The notes below the pieces were generated by a model that saw only the letters and a program-made list of their open reading frames with translations, was not told the origin of the DNA and ran no database searches. The translations under genes and the position numbers were made by a program. Of a stretch of 64,000 nt of DNA, positions 1-9,821 are shown piece after piece. The DNA is from Kiritimatiellia bacterium. GTDB lineage: Bacteria > Verrucomicrobiota > Kiritimatiellia > CAIKKV01 > CAITUY01. Each line of letters begins with the position of its first letter. Position 1 is the first letter of the stretch. The DNA is taken from the NCBI GenBank assembly GCA_038330175.1, contig JBBQNS010000002.1, positions 13,566 to 77,565 of the forward strand, given 5' to 3'.

Positions 1-831
1 GCGTTGGGACGGCGTACAAAAAGCCAGGCACGTATCGCTCGCTACGAAGAACTGTCGAGTGAGCGGTTCGAGGCGCGTAAGGATGATGTTTCAATCCAGA
101 TCGTACCCGGCCCGCATTTGGGTAATAAGGTGGTGATTTTGGACAATGTCACCAAGGGCTATGAAGGGGTTAAGCTGTTGGAGCAGGTCTCGTTTGATCT
201 GCCGCGGGGAGCTGTGGTGGGGGTGTTGGGCCCGAACGGGTGTGGTAAGACCACGCTATTCCGGATGTTAGTAGGGCAGGAGCAGCCTGACCAAGGAACT
301 GTAACCCTGGGTGAAAGTGTTGTGCTCTCTTATGTCGACCAGCATCGCGATGCTTTAAATGACAATTTGACCGTGTTTGAGGAGATCACCAATGGGCGGG
401 AAGAAGTGGAGATGGGTGATCGAACAATGAATTCGAGAGCCTATTTATCCCGATTCAATTTCCGGGGCGCCCAACAGCAGAAGAAAGTAGGCAAGCTTTC
501 GGGGGGTGAACGGAACCGAGTTCATTTGGCGAAAATGTTGCGAAGGGGCGGAAACGTTTTGCTTCTCGATGAGCCGACCAATGATTTGGACGTGAATACT
601 ATGCGCGTGCTGGAAGAAGCGATCATGGAGTTTCCCGGGTGCGCCATGGTCATCAGTCATGATCGTTATTTCCTGGATCGAATTTGTACCCACCTGCTTA
701 TTTTTGAGGGGGATGGCAAACTTCGCTGGTTTGTTGGCAATTTTGCGGACTATGAAGAGACCGTATTGGCCGGAAACAGTGAGCGCTTGCTCCATCGCCG
801 TGGAAAATATAAGAAACTCGCATTGCGATAG
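1..831 (+). CDS. ettA: ABC-F ATPase EttA (energy-dependent translational throttle), 5'-truncated by the window edge
   Basis: Second NBD with Walker A GPNGCGKT, signature LSGGERNRVHLAK, Walker B LLLDEPTNDLD and ISHDRYFLDR. Linker PGPHLGNKV and VDQHRDAL are typical of EttA. Confidence 0.88.
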   Translation, partial: ALGRRTKSQARIARYEELSSERFEARKDDVSIQIVPGPHLGNKVVILDNVTKGYEGVKLLEQVSFDLPRGAVVGVLGPNGCGKTTLFRMLVGQEQPDQGTVTLGESVVLSYVDQHRDALNDNLTVFEEITNGREEVEMGDRTMNSRAYLSRFNFRGAQQQKKVGKLSGGERNRVHLAKMLRRGGNVLLLDEPTNDLDVNTMRVLEEAIMEFPGCAMVISHDRYFLDRICTHLLIFEGDGKLRWFVGNFADYEETVLAGNSERLLHRRGKYKKLALR

Positions 832-889
832 GGAAGAATCGGTATCTTTTTCTTGGCGTCACGAAGCAGGGTGGAGTATTATTTTATCC

Positions 890-1381
890 GTGAAACAAAA
901 ATCAAAATTTGTGGTGCGTAATGCCGGGTTTACCGATGCAGAGGAGATCTACAGCCTAGTCAAGGCTTACCCCAAGGAGCTGCTTCCGCGTCCCATCTCC
1001 GATATTGCCGAGAATATCGACCGGTTCATCGTGTGTGAGAAAAAAGGGCAGATCGTGGGCACCGTCTCCTGGTCTATATTGCCCGAAATTGGCCATGTTC
1101 GTCATCCGTCAGTCGAAATCAAGTCGCTCTCCGTCAAACGCTCATTGCGTAAACACGGGGTGGGCCGAATGTTGGTTGAGGCGGCGATCGAGCGAATCCG
1201 GATCCTGAAACCCTCGCAGATGATTGTGTTGACCTTTACTCCCAGCTTCTTTGCTAAAATGGGTTTCCACGAGGTGCCCAAAGCGACGTTGATGCATAAA
1301 CTCTATATGGGCTGCATTAACTGTGCAAAATATGACTCCCCTTTTACCTGTCCTGAAGTCGCAATGGCGATGGATGTTTAA
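890..1381 (+). CDS. GNAT N-acetyltransferase, short ArgA-like (amino-acid N-acetyltransferase)
   Basis: LLPR..., EIKSLSV...RKHGVGRMLV acetyl-CoA motif, LTFTPSFFAKMGF and Cys-rich tail CINCAKY...CPEVAM. Start moved to GTG 890 because the ORF-track start (659) overlaps ettA. Confidence 0.75.
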   Translation: MKQKSKFVVRNAGFTDAEEIYSLVKAYPKELLPRPISDIAENIDRFIVCEKKGQIVGTVSWSILPEIGHVRHPSVEIKSLSVKRSLRKHGVGRMLVEAAIERIRILKPSQMIVLTFTPSFFAKMGFHEVPKATLMHKLYMGCINCAKYDSPFTCPEVAMAMDV

Positions 1382-1392
1382 CGCTACCGCCT

Positions 1393-4300
1393 ATGACGCC
1401 TTTTGTTCATCTTCACGTTCACACTGAATACAGCATGCTGGATGGGGCGTGCCGCGTGAAAGATATAGCTGCGGCCGCCCAGGCGATGCAGATGCCGGCG
1501 CTCGCGATCACGGACCACGGGGTCATGTACGGAACCGTCCCGTTTTATGAGGCCACACGACATAAGGGCGTAAAGCCGATTATCGGCTGTGAAGCCTATG
1601 TGACGGCCGGAAGCCGCTTTGATCGGAAGACGGAAGCCTCCTCCAAGTCGCACGCAAACCATTTGGTGTTATTGGCCAAAAACGATATGGGGTACCGGAA
1701 TCTGGTGCGGTTGATCAGTGCCGCTCATTTGGAGGGATTTTACTACAAACCCCGTATTGATCGTGAAATTTTGGAAAAATATGCGGGTGGTCTGATTGGG
1801 CTATCGGCCTGTCTCAAAGGGGAAATTCCCGAGCGGTTGCGCGAAGACGATGAAGCGGGCGCATGCAAGTTGGCGGGGATGTATTCTGAAATCCTGGGCA
1901 AGGATAATTTCTACCTGGAGGTGCAGGACCATTTGATGCCGGAGCAGCGCAAAGTGAACAAAGGGCTGGTGGCATTGGCCAAAAAAATCGGCTTAGGCCT
2001 GGTGGCGACGAATGATGCTCATTATTTGAAGAGGGAGCACGCCGCTGCCCATGAAATCATGTTGTGTATGCAAACACAGACCGTCATGAGTGACCCTAAG
2101 CGCATGAAGTATCCCTCCTCGGAATTCTACTTCAAGAGCGGGGATGAGATGGCGGCGATTTTCCGCGACATTCCTGAGGCCATCACCAACACCCTGAAAA
2201 TTGCCGAAAGTTGCAATGTCGAGATCAAGTTCGGCGAGCTCCATTTTCCGCTTTTCAAAGTGCCTGTGGGTATCACCCAGAAAGAATACCTGCTCAACTT
2301 GTGTTACAAGGGATTGTTGAAGCGGTACGGAGTCCCGGATTATGAACATCCCCGGGATGAGCGTGAGAAGGAGCTCGTGGCGCGGTGCATGTATGAAATA
2401 TCCATTATCGAGCGAATGGGGTTCATCAATTACTTTTTAGTTGTTTGGGATTTCATTCATTTTGCTAAAACCAAAGGGATTCCGGTGGGGCCCGGACGTG
2501 GTTCCGGAGCAGGCAGTATGGTGGCCTATCTGCTTGAAATCACAGGGATCGACCCGATCCGTTACGATCTTATTTTTGAGCGCTTTTTAAATCCTGAACG
2601 GGTCTCCCCGCCAGACTTCGATATTGATTTTTGCCAGACCCGGCGCGGTGAAGTCATCGAATATGTGAAGGACAAGTACGGGCGTGAAAATTGTGCCCAG
2701 ATCATAACCTTTGGGTCGCTGGGTGCCAAAACGGTCATCCGCGATATTGGGCGTGCCTTGGAATTGCCCTATTCTGAATGTGATCGTCTAGCAAAAATGA
2801 TACCTGATGATCCCAAGATCACGCTGGCCAAGGCGTTGGAACAAAATCCTGAATTTAAGAAAGCGTCCGTTACCGAACCGAATTGTAAGCAAATCCTAGA
2901 ATACGGGGTTGTTCTCGAAGGCCTTTTACGGAATGCCGGCACTCATGCGGCAGGCGTCGTGATTGGCGAAAAACCGCTGATTGAGATTGTGCCGTTAACG
3001 TTGGATAAAGAAGACCAGGTGATTACGCAATTTGCCATGGATCCCATTAGCAAGATTGGCATGCTGAAAATGGATTTCCTGGGCTTGAAGACCCTGACGG
3101 TGATTCAGGAGGCGGTGGAATGGGTCAAACTCAATCGCGGGGTCATTATTGATATTGATAATATCCCCATGGATGACCCGAAGACTTTTGAGTTGCTTCA
3201 ACGGGGTGACACGGTGGGCGTATTCCAGTTTGAAAGTGGAGGTATGCGCGACAACCTTCGCAAACTTTGCCCCACGATGATTGAAGAAATTATCGCCATG
3301 AATGCCCTCTATCGGCCGGGTCCCATGCAATTCATCGACAGTTTTATTAACCGTAAACACGGTCGCGAAAAAACCGAGTATGGCCACCCGCTTCTGGAGC
3401 CGATCCTTAAAGGGACTTACGGCTATATGGTGTATCAGGAACAGGTTCAGCGCGTGACCAATGTGTTGGCCGGTTTCTCGCTTGCGATGGGGGATAACCT
3501 CCGCCGCGCTATCTCTAAGAAAAAGGCTGGCGAGATGGCGAAAATGCGTGAATTGTTCACGGAAGGCTGCGCCAAAACCAATCAAATCCCGGCGGCTAAA
3601 GCTCAAGAGATTTACGACTCCATTGAAAAATTTGCGGATTACGGGTTCAATAAGTCTCATAGTGCGGCCTACAGTGTTGTGGCCCTTCAAACGGCTTATC
3701 TTAAAGCGCATTATCCTGAAGAATTCATGTCCGCTTTGCTTTCGAGTGAAATGGGGAATATGGATAAGATTCCCACCTTCGTTGTCGAGTGTCGTTCAAT
3801 GGGGCTGGAGATTTTGCCGCCCCATATCAATGAAAGCGAAGTCCGGTTTAGTCCTGCCAAAGGGGCGGTTCGCTATGGCATTGCCTCCATCAAGAATGTG
3901 GGCGAAGGGGCTTGCCGTGAGATTGTGGCGGAACGTAAACGCAATGGGCCTTTTCTGGGGCTTATGGATTTCTCAAGGCGCTTCCAGGGACAGGTGATTA
4001 ACAAGAAAGTCGTTGAAAGTTTAATCAAGGCGGGGGCCTTTGATTTTCCCGGTTATGACCGGGCCCGATTATTCGGAGGAATTGATTTTGCATTGAGCCG
4101 TGCCAATGCAGCGGCGCGTGATAAGGCCTCGGGCCAGGGAAGCCTTTTTGACCTCATGCCGGTAGAGCCTCAGATCACGGCGGATGATGGTTCCTTGCCG
4201 TCTGCGGACAAATGGTCCGAAGGTCAGTTATTGGCACAGGAGCGTGAATTGCTCGGCATCTATATGAGTGGGCATCCCCTGAGTCAGTTTTCCAAGCTGC

Positions 4301-4932
4301 TTGAGCGCTATCAGCTGACCAATGTGGAAGGACTTAAAAGCATCACGTCAGGTGAACAGACCCGGATCGGTGGCTTGATATCAGAGCTATTGCCGCGGAT
4401 GACAAAAAAGAAGGAGCCGATGGCCGTATTGAAGCTTGAAGACCTAGATGGAAGCGTGGAGGTCGTCGTCTATCCCCGCACCTATTTAGAGTACAAGCCG
4501 GTACTGGTGCCCGACCAGGCTGTAATGATTTGTGGTGAAGTCCGGATGGAGGAGGATCGACCCCGGATCATTGCCTCCGAAATCTATCCGCTCAAGGACA
4601 GTCCCGATCTTTTTGTCGAAAAATTTAGCCTCCACTTGACGGCAGGGCGGGTAAGCGAAGAACCCGCGATACTTGAAAAAATTCGGAATATACTCGAACT
4701 TCATCCCGGTCAGACGATGGTAAATTTGTGTTTGGAATACCAGTCGGGTGAAAAAGTGTTTCTCGATACCAGTAATCGCTTTAAAGTGACCTGTGATGAG
4801 TCCCTGATTTATGAGTTGGAGCATTGCCTCGGTGAGGATATGGTCTATGTGAAAGTGCTGCAAACGGCCTGCCGGAAGCCGCAGCGGGAGTCACTCTGGG
4901 AGAAGAAATCGAATTTCGGGGGTTCCGGATAA
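1393..4932 (+). CDS. dnaE: DNA polymerase III alpha subunit
   Basis: PHP domain FVHLHVHTEYSMLDG, GPGRGSGAGS, catalytic PDFDIDF, YGFNKSHSAAY and a C-terminal OB fold. Confidence 0.98.
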   Translation: MTPFVHLHVHTEYSMLDGACRVKDIAAAAQAMQMPALAITDHGVMYGTVPFYEATRHKGVKPIIGCEAYVTAGSRFDRKTEASSKSHANHLVLLAKNDMGYRNLVRLISAAHLEGFYYKPRIDREILEKYAGGLIGLSACLKGEIPERLREDDEAGACKLAGMYSEILGKDNFYLEVQDHLMPEQRKVNKGLVALAKKIGLGLVATNDAHYLKREHAAAHEIMLCMQTQTVMSDPKRMKYPSSEFYFKSGDEMAAIFRDIPEAITNTLKIAESCNVEIKFGELHFPLFKVPVGITQKEYLLNLCYKGLLKRYGVPDYEHPRDEREKELVARCMYEISIIERMGFINYFLVVWDFIHFAKTKGIPVGPGRGSGAGSMVAYLLEITGIDPIRYDLIFERFLNPERVSPPDFDIDFCQTRRGEVIEYVKDKYGRENCAQIITFGSLGAKTVIRDIGRALELPYSECDRLAKMIPDDPKITLAKALEQNPEFKKASVTEPNCKQILEYGVVLEGLLRNAGTHAAGVVIGEKPLIEIVPLTLDKEDQVITQFAMDPISKIGMLKMDFLGLKTLTVIQEAVEWVKLNRGVIIDIDNIPMDDPKTFELLQRGDTVGVFQFESGGMRDNLRKLCPTMIEEIIAMNALYRPGPMQFIDSFINRKHGREKTEYGHPLLEPILKGTYGYMVYQEQVQRVTNVLAGFSLAMGDNLRRAISKKKAGEMAKMRELFTEGCAKTNQIPAAKAQEIYDSIEKFADYGFNKSHSAAYSVVALQTAYLKAHYPEEFMSALLSSEMGNMDKIPTFVVECRSMGLEILPPHINESEVRFSPAKGAVRYGIASIKNVGEGACREIVAERKRNGPFLGLMDFSRRFQGQVINKKVVESLIKAGAFDFPGYDRARLFGGIDFALSRANAAARDKASGQGSLFDLMPVEPQITADDGSLPSADKWSEGQLLAQERELLGIYMSGHPLSQFSKLLERYQLTNVEGLKSITSGEQTRIGGLISELLPRMTKKKEPMAVLKLEDLDGSVEVVVYPRTYLEYKPVLVPDQAVMICGEVRMEEDRPRIIASEIYPLKDSPDLFVEKFSLHLTAGRVSEEPAILEKIRNILELHPGQTMVNLCLEYQSGEKVFLDTSNRFKVTCDESLIYELEHCLGEDMVYVKVLQTACRKPQRESLWEKKSNFGGSG

Positions 4933-4934
4933 CC

Positions 4935-6380
4935 ATGATGGAGTCAGCATTCAGCAAGGCCGCCACCTACTATCTCAGAATCCCTGATGGAGCTGTGTAT
5001 GGCCCTGTTGATATTGTTACTTTATGCATTTGGGCCACCGATGCGCGAGTCATTCCCGGGTGTGAGCTTTCTGAGAAACAGGACTTCTGGTTTCCCGTAG
5101 AGAAAATCTCAGAATTACGGCTTAACTGGTCGGTCCAATTTACCGATGGCACGATTTACGGCCCCCTGAATCTTTTAGCTATCCGAATCCTTGCCTCAGA
5201 AAAATCGATACCGCATGGTGTAAAATTAAGTGAGAAAGGGACGGGTCGGCAGGTCATCCTGAATGATGCCGTTATGCCTCTTTTAATTGAAGAGGTTCAT
5301 CAGATGCTGGCGGGGTGTGGCGCCTTGATGAGCGCGAATATCGGATTATTTCGAGAAGCACAGCGGTTGGCGCTGACTGAAGTTGAGGATGGCGGAGCCA
5401 TACTGGCGACAATGCAAACTCGCCAACAGGAAACCGAAAGTGAGCTTTTATCCTTATCGGGTCAGTTAAAAGAATCCCAACAGGCCTATCAGGCAAAAAT
5501 AATCCAACTTCAGCAGATGGAGTCTGCGCTGTCCCTTGACAAGGTCCGGATCGAAAGCAAGGTGGCCGAAATTCTTGCCCAAATGTCATTGTTGGAGAAG
5601 AAATTGGAGATATCGAAGCATCACGCCGATGAGTTAGATGCTCAATTAGTTCAGGAGCGGGAGCGATATCAGTCACTTCAGACTGAATCGGTAAGCACCG
5701 TTAATAAAAACCTTGCTCAAAAATCTCAGTGGGAAAAGGACTTGCAGACGACCAAGCAGCGAGCGGACGCTTTAGAGGCTCAATTAGCGCAAGACCGGGA
5801 CCGACATCAAATACTCAAATTTGAATCTGCAGGTAAGATAACCGAGCTCCTCGCCAAAAAAACCTTGCTCGAGGAGAACCTTCAGACCTCCAAGCAGCGC
5901 ACCATCAGCCTGGATGGCCAGTTAGTGCAAGAACGGGAGCGATATCAAGTTTCCTTGAATGAATCCGCCGGCAAGGAGAAATTTTCTTTAGAAAAAATCA
6001 AGCGTCTTGAGGCCGAAATCAAGGATGCCGCTGAGCTATTTTCAGCAACCCTGCATCAAGTGGAGCAAAGTGAAGGCCGGTTGCGCGACTTAGAGCGGAA
6101 AATGGACACGCAAGAGCGATTCATTCCTAAGCAAGGGGCTATCGTCGAGGCTGAAGTGATTCAGGCTGAAGTGCTCCATGCCGAAACGATCGGTCCCGAT
6201 GATGCCTCCAAGTGGAACATATCTTCAGGTTCAGGGCGACAGGCGACCCGTCAAGAGCCGGTAAAGGATAAAAAAAATAATATTTTGAACCATGTTGAGG
6301 CTCAGCTTCAGGTGGAATTACGGCAGTGGAACGAATTGAAGCAGGATAAGAAAAAGAAAAGTAGCCCTAAGTGGTTTTGA
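4935..6380 (+). CDS. Hypothetical protein: two N-terminal GYF_2-like repeats plus a long coiled coil containing three 46-aa repeats
   Basis: DGAVYGPVD and DGTIYGPLN motifs, Q/E/L/K-rich heptad region, basic C-terminus. Starts 2 nt after the dnaE stop. Confidence 0.75.
   Translation: MMESAFSKAATYYLRIPDGAVYGPVDIVTLCIWATDARVIPGCELSEKQDFWFPVEKISELRLNWSVQFTDGTIYGPLNLLAIRILASEKSIPHGVKLSEKGTGRQVILNDAVMPLLIEEVHQMLAGCGALMSANIGLFREAQRLALTEVEDGGAILATMQTRQQETESELLSLSGQLKESQQAYQAKIIQLQQMESALSLDKVRIESKVAEILAQMSLLEKKLEISKHHADELDAQLVQERERYQSLQTESVSTVNKNLAQKSQWEKDLQTTKQRADALEAQLAQDRDRHQILKFESAGKITELLAKKTLLEENLQTSKQRTISLDGQLVQERERYQVSLNESAGKEKFSLEKIKRLEAEIKDAAELFSATLHQVEQSEGRLRDLERKMDTQERFIPKQGAIVEAEVIQAEVLHAETIGPDDASKWNISSGSGRQATRQEPVKDKKNNILNHVEAQLQVELRQWNELKQDKKKKSSPKWF
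5559..5972 (+). repeat. Three tandem 138-bp (46-aa) intragenic repeats
   Basis: caattagttcaggagcgggagcgatatcag at 5643, caattagcgcaagaccgggaccgacatcaa at 5781 and cagttagtgcaagaacgggagcgatatcaa at 5919 are spaced exactly 138 bp apart. Confidence 0.9.
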
Positions 6381-6391
6381 AGGAGTTGACT

Positions 6392-7249
6392 ATGACGGAC
6401 AATAAGAATGGGTTAGAGCCTGAGAAAAAAGGCGTTGAGAGTTTAGCCGAAGTTTTGCGTCTGCAAGCAGAAGCGCTGTCTCGTATTTCAGAGCGGATGG
6501 CTAAGATGAATCAAGTGACTGGAAAGCCACCCTCGCCTTTCCTGGGCAAAGAGCAATCTATGAATGGTGTACATTTACCTGCTTTGGCGGGAGACCCGTC
6601 GTTAAATGAAGACTCGCTCCCCGTCCTGAATTCATTCAAACAATTTTTAGCGCAGGAGCGACGCCGTGGACGCAAGCGTTTTGTGTGGGGCCTTTGCGGG
6701 TTCACCTTGGTTTTTGCGTGCTTATTGGTCGCCATTGTGCTGTTCACCCGGGCCCGCGATGAGGCCCTTAAAGCAGACATAGAACAGACCAGCACCAAGC
6801 TGGACCGTTCTCAGAAAGATGCCGAGTCTAACTTAAAAAAAGCCTTAGATAAAACGGCTCAAACGACAGCAAAAAGCGAAGCCGTTATCCGCTCGGACAT
6901 TACACGCAATATTCTTTGGGCTCATTCGGCGCTTGCCTCCAACATGACCACGGGATTGTCAGACCGTAATGGTCAGATTGAGCGTTTAAAGGAAAAGGTC
7001 TCTTCGCTGGAGGTTGATAACACTATGTTGTCGCGCCAAGTGGCGGAATTGGCTCAGCGCATCCAGATCATCGAGACCGATTATCTCGACAATATTGAGC
7101 GCCCGCTTCCAAGCGGCCGGAATTCAGAGGCCAATAATCTGGCGCTTCCTGCTTCAAGCGCGGCTTCAGCCGAGGGGGCGGCATCGCCCGTGATGATTAA
7201 TTCCGCACGATTCGGTCGTTCCCTACAAATGCGGGTGCCGAAAGAGTGA
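6392..7249 (+). CDS. Hypothetical single-pass membrane protein with a coiled-coil C-terminal domain
   Basis: AGGAG at 6381 precedes ATG 6392. RRRGRKR is followed by the hydrophobic FVWGLCGFTLVFACLLVAIVLF, then heptad repeats. Confidence 0.75.
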   Translation: MTDNKNGLEPEKKGVESLAEVLRLQAEALSRISERMAKMNQVTGKPPSPFLGKEQSMNGVHLPALAGDPSLNEDSLPVLNSFKQFLAQERRRGRKRFVWGLCGFTLVFACLLVAIVLFTRARDEALKADIEQTSTKLDRSQKDAESNLKKALDKTAQTTAKSEAVIRSDITRNILWAHSALASNMTTGLSDRNGQIERLKEKVSSLEVDNTMLSRQVAELAQRIQIIETDYLDNIERPLPSGRNSEANNLALPASSAASAEGAASPVMINSARFGRSLQMRVPKE

Positions 7250-7271
7250 GTTACGGCTTCGAGCGGTAGTT

Positions 7272-7317
7272 AAAAGAAAACGGGAAGAAGATTGCTCTTC
7301 TTCCCGTTTCTGTTTTT
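7272..7317. terminator. Bidirectional intrinsic terminator between convergent genes
   Basis: 13-bp stem aaacgggaagaag / cttcttcccgttt with a 6-nt loop. A-run on the left, T-rich run on the right. Confidence 0.85.
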
Positions 7318-7329
7318 ATCAGTTAAGTC

Positions 7330-9432
7330 TTACTGGGCTACGGGAGCATCTTTTTCTACCATGGCGGCCCGGCGACTGAGTTTGACGCGACCTTTCTCGT
7401 CAACCCCCAAGCACTTGACCCACATCTGGTCGCCCACCTTGCATACATCCTCAACATTGCGGACGTGGCAATCGGCGAGTTCGCTAATATGAACCAACCC
7501 ATCGCGGCCTGGGAAGATTTCTACAAAGCAGCCAAATTTCGTAATACCGGTCACGATACCGTCGTAAATGGCGCCTTCTTCCGGCTCAGCCGTAATCATG
7601 TTGATTTCACGCAAGGCCAGCTGCATGCCTTCTTCCTTGCTGCTGAAGACCTTCACGATGCCGTCGTCATTGATGTCAATCTGTGCACCACTGAGTTCGA
7701 CAATACGGCGGATGTTTTTGCCACCCGGGCCAATCAACTCGCCAATTTTATCAATCGGGATTTTGACTTCCGTGATACGCGGCGCATAGGGAGAGAGGTC
7801 GTCGCGCGGTTTGGCAATGACACTTTCCATGTAGTCAAGAATCTGCATACGTGCGGTCCGGCACTTTTCAAAGGCGGCCTCGACCAGATTCCATTCCAAG
7901 CCGCGGATTTTGAGGTCGAGCTGGAAGCCGGTGATACCTTTGCGGGTACCGCCCACCTTAAAGTCCATATCGCCACAATGATCCTCGTCGCCGAGAATAT
8001 CCACCACCAGCTTGGCCTTGCCAGGCGCGGTGAATAAGCCGCAGGAAATACCGGCCACTGGCCCGGTGATCGGAACACCTGCATCCATCAAGGCCAATGT
8101 GCCTACGCAAATGCTGGCCATGGAGCTAGATCCATTTGAGCCCATGATGTCGGAAAGCATCCGAATGGTGTAGGGGTAATTCTGAGGAATCACTTCTGCC
8201 AGCGAACGTTCGGCCAGATTACCATGTCCAATTTCGCGCCGTCCGGGAGAACCGAAGCGACCGGTCTCGCCGACGCTGTAGGGCGGGAAATTATAGTGGA
8301 GCATGAAGGACTTGGAGGTAGGGCCGCCGGTAATGGCGTCCATATCCTGCGCATCCTTGGTGGTCCCAAGGGTCACGGTGCCCAGCGCGTGTGTTTCGCC
8401 ACGGCCGAAAAAGGCCGAGCCGTGAACGCGCGGAAGGAGCCCGACTTTGGCGAACAAGGGGCGAACATCGTTCTCGCCACGACCGTCAATACGTTTGCCA
8501 CGTTCCAAGACGTTTTCGCGAACAACGGCGATGCTGAGTTCATCTAGGGTCGCGCGGAGCTGCTCTTTGGTAATAGCGGGAAAAGCTTCTGTAAGCTTGG
8601 CTTTGAGGCCATCCTTGATTTTCCCTACTGTGGCATTGCGCTCCTGTTTACCGGCGATCAAATAGGCTTGCGAGAGAGCGTCCCCTGCGAGTTTGCGGGC
8701 GGCGTCGATAAAGGTGGTGTCGGTCGGCGGCTCAACAATCACTTTGTCGGGAAGGCCTGCCTTGCGGCGCAGCTCGAGCTGCGCATCAATTAACTTCACG
8801 CACTGCTCGTGTGCAAAGCGCATGGCGGCAACCAGGTCGGCTTCCGAAAGTTCCTTGGCATCGCCTTCGATCATGGTCGGGGTGTTGCGATTGCCTGCAT
8901 AAACCAGGTCTAAATCGCTCTGCTCACGTTCCAGAACGGTGGGATTAACGATGAACTTCCCGTTGACGCGACCCACGCGAACTCCGGCGATGGGGCCGTG
9001 AAAGGCCAGATCCGAGAGCGTCAAGGCCGCGCTGGCACCCACGATGTTGAGTACATCAGCGGCGTTTTCGCCGTCGGCGGAGAGCAGTGTGCCCACCAGC
9101 TGAACATCATTCCGGTAGCTTTCCGAGAAAAGCGGACGAATGGGGCGATCGGTGAAGCGGGCGGCCAGGATTTCATTTTCCGAGGGGCGGCTTTCGCGTT
9201 TGAAAAACCCGCCAGGAAATTTTCCCGCAGCCGAGAACCGTTCGCGATATTCGACCTGCAGAGGAAAATAGTCGATGCCTTCGCGGGGCGCCTCAGAGGC
9301 ACAGGCGGTTGAGAGGATGATGGTGTCACCAAGACGAACCGTTGCGGCACCCCTGGCTTGCAGGGCCAGAAGGCCCGTCTCAAGGGTGATGACTTTATCG
9401 CCAATGGCGACTGATACTGAAACTTCTTTCAT
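7330..9432 (-). CDS. pnp: Polyribonucleotide nucleotidyltransferase (PNPase)
   Basis: GKFPGGFFKRE, RREIGHG, SNGSSSMAS, GDMDFKV, plus KH (IGPGGKNI) and S1 domains. Confidence 0.98.
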   Translation of the reverse strand: MKEVSVSVAIGDKVITLETGLLALQARGAATVRLGDTIILSTACASEAPREGIDYFPLQVEYRERFSAAGKFPGGFFKRESRPSENEILAARFTDRPIRPLFSESYRNDVQLVGTLLSADGENAADVLNIVGASAALTLSDLAFHGPIAGVRVGRVNGKFIVNPTVLEREQSDLDLVYAGNRNTPTMIEGDAKELSEADLVAAMRFAHEQCVKLIDAQLELRRKAGLPDKVIVEPPTDTTFIDAARKLAGDALSQAYLIAGKQERNATVGKIKDGLKAKLTEAFPAITKEQLRATLDELSIAVVRENVLERGKRIDGRGENDVRPLFAKVGLLPRVHGSAFFGRGETHALGTVTLGTTKDAQDMDAITGGPTSKSFMLHYNFPPYSVGETGRFGSPGRREIGHGNLAERSLAEVIPQNYPYTIRMLSDIMGSNGSSSMASICVGTLALMDAGVPITGPVAGISCGLFTAPGKAKLVVDILGDEDHCGDMDFKVGGTRKGITGFQLDLKIRGLEWNLVEAAFEKCRTARMQILDYMESVIAKPRDDLSPYAPRITEVKIPIDKIGELIGPGGKNIRRIVELSGAQIDINDDGIVKVFSSKEEGMQLALREINMITAEPEEGAIYDGIVTGITKFGCFVEIFPGRDGLVHISELADCHVRNVEDVCKVGDQMWVKCLGVDEKGRVKLSRRAAMVEKDAPVAQ

Positions 9433-9455
9433 GATGTCTTTCTGAAATGATAATT

Positions 9456-9502
9456 ATAAAAACAAAAGGATCCCGTTATGTGCAGAGCACACATCGGAGA
9501 TA
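9456..9502 (-). terminator. Imperfect stem-loop plus U-tract between rpsO and pnp (terminator or processing site)
   Basis: Minus strand reads atctccgatgtgtgc-tct-gcacataacgggat followed by ccttttgttttt. Confidence 0.45.
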
Positions 9503-9526
9503 CTTCTGAATGATTGCCGGATGGCA

Positions 9527-9790
9527 TTAGCGACGGAGTTTAAGACGTTTGATAACGTCTTGATAAATGGCTTCGTCCTTGGTCTTCATGTAATTGAGCA
9601 AGCGACGACGTGCGCTTACCATTTTAAGCAGACCATAGCGGGAACTGTGATCCTTTTTATGGAGTTTCAGGTGCTCGGTGAGCTCCTCAATCCGGCGTGT
9701 TAACAACGCGACCTGAACTTCAGATGAACCGGTGTCTTTTCCGTGTCTCCGAAACTCCTTCTGAACTGTGCTCTTCTCTTGAGAATCCAT
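9527..9790 (-). CDS. rpsO: 30S ribosomal protein S15
   Basis: [13 protein letters not shown]...[28 protein letters not shown]. Lies between ribF and pnp. Confidence 0.98.
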   Translation of the reverse strand: MDSQEKSTVQKEFRRHGKDTGSSEVQVALLTRRIEELTEHLKLHKKDHSSRYGLLKMVSARRRLLNYMKTKDEAIYQDVIKRLKLRR

Positions 9791-9821
9791 ACTGTATTTG
9801 AGCCCTATGCCCTTTCTTTGC

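Noticed and set aside
659-889. N-terminal extensions given by the ORF track (also at 10886, 29790, 34160, 42781 and 46739)
   Set aside because: They overlap neighbouring genes. Downstream starts with an RBS or stop-start coupling fit better.
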